A DNA stretch of 41,934 nt. It comes from an uncultured bacterium. GTDB taxonomy: Bacteria; SAR324; NAC60-12. Where the stretch lies: positions 1 to 41,934 of the forward strand of contig CAXGMD010000019.1 of NCBI GenBank assembly GCA_964010765.1. The letters run 5' to 3'. Shown here in pieces: positions 39,813 to 41,934 of this stretch; the first letter of the stretch is position 1, and every line of letters begins with the position of its first letter. A program made the position numbers and the translations under genes. The notes below the pieces were generated by a model that was given only the letters and a program-made list of their open reading frames with translations, searched no databases and was not told where the DNA came from.

Positions 39813-40859
39813 TTACTCGATAGCTTGGATAGCTTTATAGAGATCCGCAGCATCATTATCTGCAAAGAACTCTTCAAGAACAGGCATCGCCGCATCAATC
39901 AACTTCTGACGTTCGGTAAAGTTGACCGTCTTCAATTTGCCCTCAGACTCAAGCTTGGTCAAAATTCCTTGCCCCTCGGTCATTTCAACTACACGACCGT
40001 AGGCGCCAGCATCTTTTCCAGCCTGAATAATTGCTGTTTGTAGATCTGCAGGAAGACTTCGGAGGGTCTTGCCACTGATGGCCAGTGGTCGCACGGTAAT
40101 GGAGTGCGCTGTGAGGGAGATATTTGGTCCAACCTCGTAAAATTTCATCTGCTGAATCCCGGCAGCTTCATTCTCCGCGGCATCAATCACACCGGTCTGA
40201 ATTGCATTGTAGACTTCAGAGTAAGCGATCACGGATGGAGCCATCCCAAAAGCATTGAACAATTGGGTTTGAATCGGAGCACCCATCACACGAATCGGTA
40301 CATCACTGATCTCGGACATGTTACGGACTGGCTTGTTGACGATCAGGTGCCGAATTCCACCCCCGCCATAGCCAATAATTTTGATATCAGCGCGCTTGTA
40401 AATATCTTCTTCAATCGGTCCAAACACGCCACTTGTCAGCACTTTGCTCCAGTGAGCTGGATCTCTGAAAAGCATTGGTGGATCCATCAGAGTTGCCATC
40501 TGTGAAAAGGTCGACATGTGGGAAGGAGAGGCGACAGCGTAGTCAACCGAGATTCCCTGGTTCATGTAGGCGACATAATCCTTCTCCAGCCCTAACTCGC
40601 TGTTTAGGTGCATCACAAATTCAAGCTCATCGGGACCGTTGTAATACATTTTGGTGAGTTCCTCGAAGCGTCGCATCAAGCGAGTATAGGAGTGAGTCTC
40701 ATCAAACTGGCTGGCACCGTGCAGGGTAATTTTCTTGGCGTAGACCGTGGTGGTTGCCCCAACAAAAGCCATGCTCGTGGCGAGTCCGATTCCAATCACC
40801 TTTGACAGAATCGATTTGGCTGTTTTTGAAATCATCCACGTTTTCATGTTTCTCTCCAT
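39813..40859 (-). CDS. dctP: TRAP transporter substrate-binding protein
   Basis: Signal peptide, IRVMG, AYSEVYNAIQTGVIDAAEN, KFYEV. Confidence 0.95.
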   Translation of the reverse strand: MERNMKTWMISKTAKSILSKVIGIGLATSMAFVGATTTVYAKKITLHGASQFDETHSYTRLMRRFEELTKMYYNGPDELEFVMHLNSELGLEKDYVAYMNQGISVDYAVASPSHMSTFSQMATLMDPPMLFRDPAHWSKVLTSGVFGPIEEDIYKRADIKIIGYGGGGIRHLIVNKPVRNMSEISDVPIRVMGAPIQTQLFNAFGMAPSVIAYSEVYNAIQTGVIDAAENEAAGIQQMKFYEVGPNISLTAHSITVRPLAISGKTLRSLPADLQTAIIQAGKDAGAYGRVVEMTEGQGILTKLESEGKLKTVNFTERQKLIDAAMPVLEEFFADNDAADLYKAIQAIE

Positions 40860-40928
40860 AGCGAGTTGACATTGAGTATCTTCACTAGTGCGAAGTACCG
40901 GCGGAGAATATTCCTTTAGGAATTTGAT

Positions 40929-40951
40929 AGCAAGGCTTATTAAACCTTGCT
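40929..40951. repeat. Inverted repeat between dehydrogenase and dctP
   Basis: Minus strand AGCAAGGTTT-AAT-AAGCCTTGCT. Confidence 0.5.
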
Positions 40952-40981
40952 TGCATTATTTTGCCGAACATTGCCTGAATG

Positions 40982-41878
40982 TTAGGTTTTGGGTGGTTGA
41001 CGCAAATACTCACTCAAGAAATCAACCATCTGCGGGACCATCTTCGCCCCATGTCCCATTCCCGCAGCTTCTGCCAGGGTTGACTGCGCGCCAATTGCCA
41101 TTCGAGAAGTCGTTTTGAGATCCTCAGCCATTTGGACGTAGTAGTTGATATCTTTCACTGCATTCTCTAAAGAGAAAGCGAGATCAATCTGCCCATCGAT
41201 GGCATAGTTCCGAATAAAATCCATCATGCCCGAACGTAAAGGCCCCGCTGACATGGCTTGATAAACTTTATCTCGGGGAACCTCCGCCGCATCAGCCATC
41301 GCGAAGACCTCTGCCATGGCACAGGCTGTAGTCATCGCAAAAAAATTGTTCATGAGTTTGATTTTGTTCCCAGTACTTGACGAACCTAGGTAAAAAATAT
41401 TCTCCCCCAGATCATCCAGCACTGGTTTTACCTGATTGAAGACCACCTCCTCCCCAGCCCCCATGATATTTAGCTTGCCATCCTTTGCGTGTGCTGGGGT
41501 TCGCCCCAAGGGACAATCCAAGTAGAATGCTCCCTTCTCAGCCAAATCTTTTGCAATCTTTAAAGTCGAAGAGGGCAAAGAAGTGCCAAAGTCGATAACA
41601 ATTGTGCCCGCTTTCACTCCCAAAAGGACTCCTGCGTCACCGTAAATGTTAGATTCCACACTTTGGGAATTATCCACACAGAACATCACAATCTCGACTT
41701 GTTCTGCCATCTGCTTTGCTGAGACTGACTCGACAGCTCCCCTAGATACTGCTTCCTCAATTTTCTGACGACTGCGATTGCCTTTGACTATCAATTCATA
41801 TCCCAGCGATTGAAGTCTCTCTACCATAGCTGAGCCCATCAGTCCCAAGCCGATAAATCCAATTTTTGGTTTCTGCAT
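40982..41878 (-). CDS. NAD(P)-dependent 3-hydroxyacid dehydrogenase (3-hydroxyisobutyrate/tartronate semialdehyde reductase family)
   Basis: IGFIGLGLMG, DCPLGRTP, G..IKLMNN, KD..Y. Confidence 0.93.
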   Translation of the reverse strand: MQKPKIGFIGLGLMGSAMVERLQSLGYELIVKGNRSRQKIEEAVSRGAVESVSAKQMAEQVEIVMFCVDNSQSVESNIYGDAGVLLGVKAGTIVIDFGTSLPSSTLKIAKDLAEKGAFYLDCPLGRTPAHAKDGKLNIMGAGEEVVFNQVKPVLDDLGENIFYLGSSSTGNKIKLMNNFFAMTTACAMAEVFAMADAAEVPRDKVYQAMSAGPLRSGMMDFIRNYAIDGQIDLAFSLENAVKDINYYVQMAEDLKTTSRMAIGAQSTLAEAAGMGHGAKMVPQMVDFLSEYLRQPPKT

Positions 41879-41934
41879 AATCTACCCTAGATAGTTGATA
41901 TTGAACTATTTAACTTCGTTCGCATTGGAATGAT

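Overview
Bacterial, fairly AT-rich accessory/metabolic region. The gene content suggests a marine heterotroph, possibly SAR324-like (inference only). It holds about 38 CDS, mostly as singletons. There are two transporter operons: an LsrB/sugar-type ABC importer (2840-7414), and a 3-hydroxyacid dehydrogenase + TRAP dctPQM + TauD/TfdA dioxygenase operon (37090-41878). Standalone enzymes include PhyH, Nudix, pirin, YdjM, 3-hydroxybutyrate dehydrogenase, AstE/AspA deacylase, amidase, Prx5, acyl-CoA synthetase, homocysteine methyltransferase, a TPP enzyme, GST and Gfo/Idh/MocA. No rRNA, intact tRNA, CRISPR array or transposase was seen. The most notable points are: (1) a BacNav-type voltage-gated channel with filter TFEDWTD carrying two tandem 116-aa TerB-like N-terminal repeats; (2) a diverged duplicated ~430-bp module (promoter, RBS, ~65-aa unknown protein, conserved 3' tail) at ~1.7 kb and ~11.2 kb; (3) a secreted protein with an unknown N-domain fused to a GspG pseudopilin head lacking the prepilin motif; (4) three genes each broken by a single in-frame stop (TGA, TAG, TAA).
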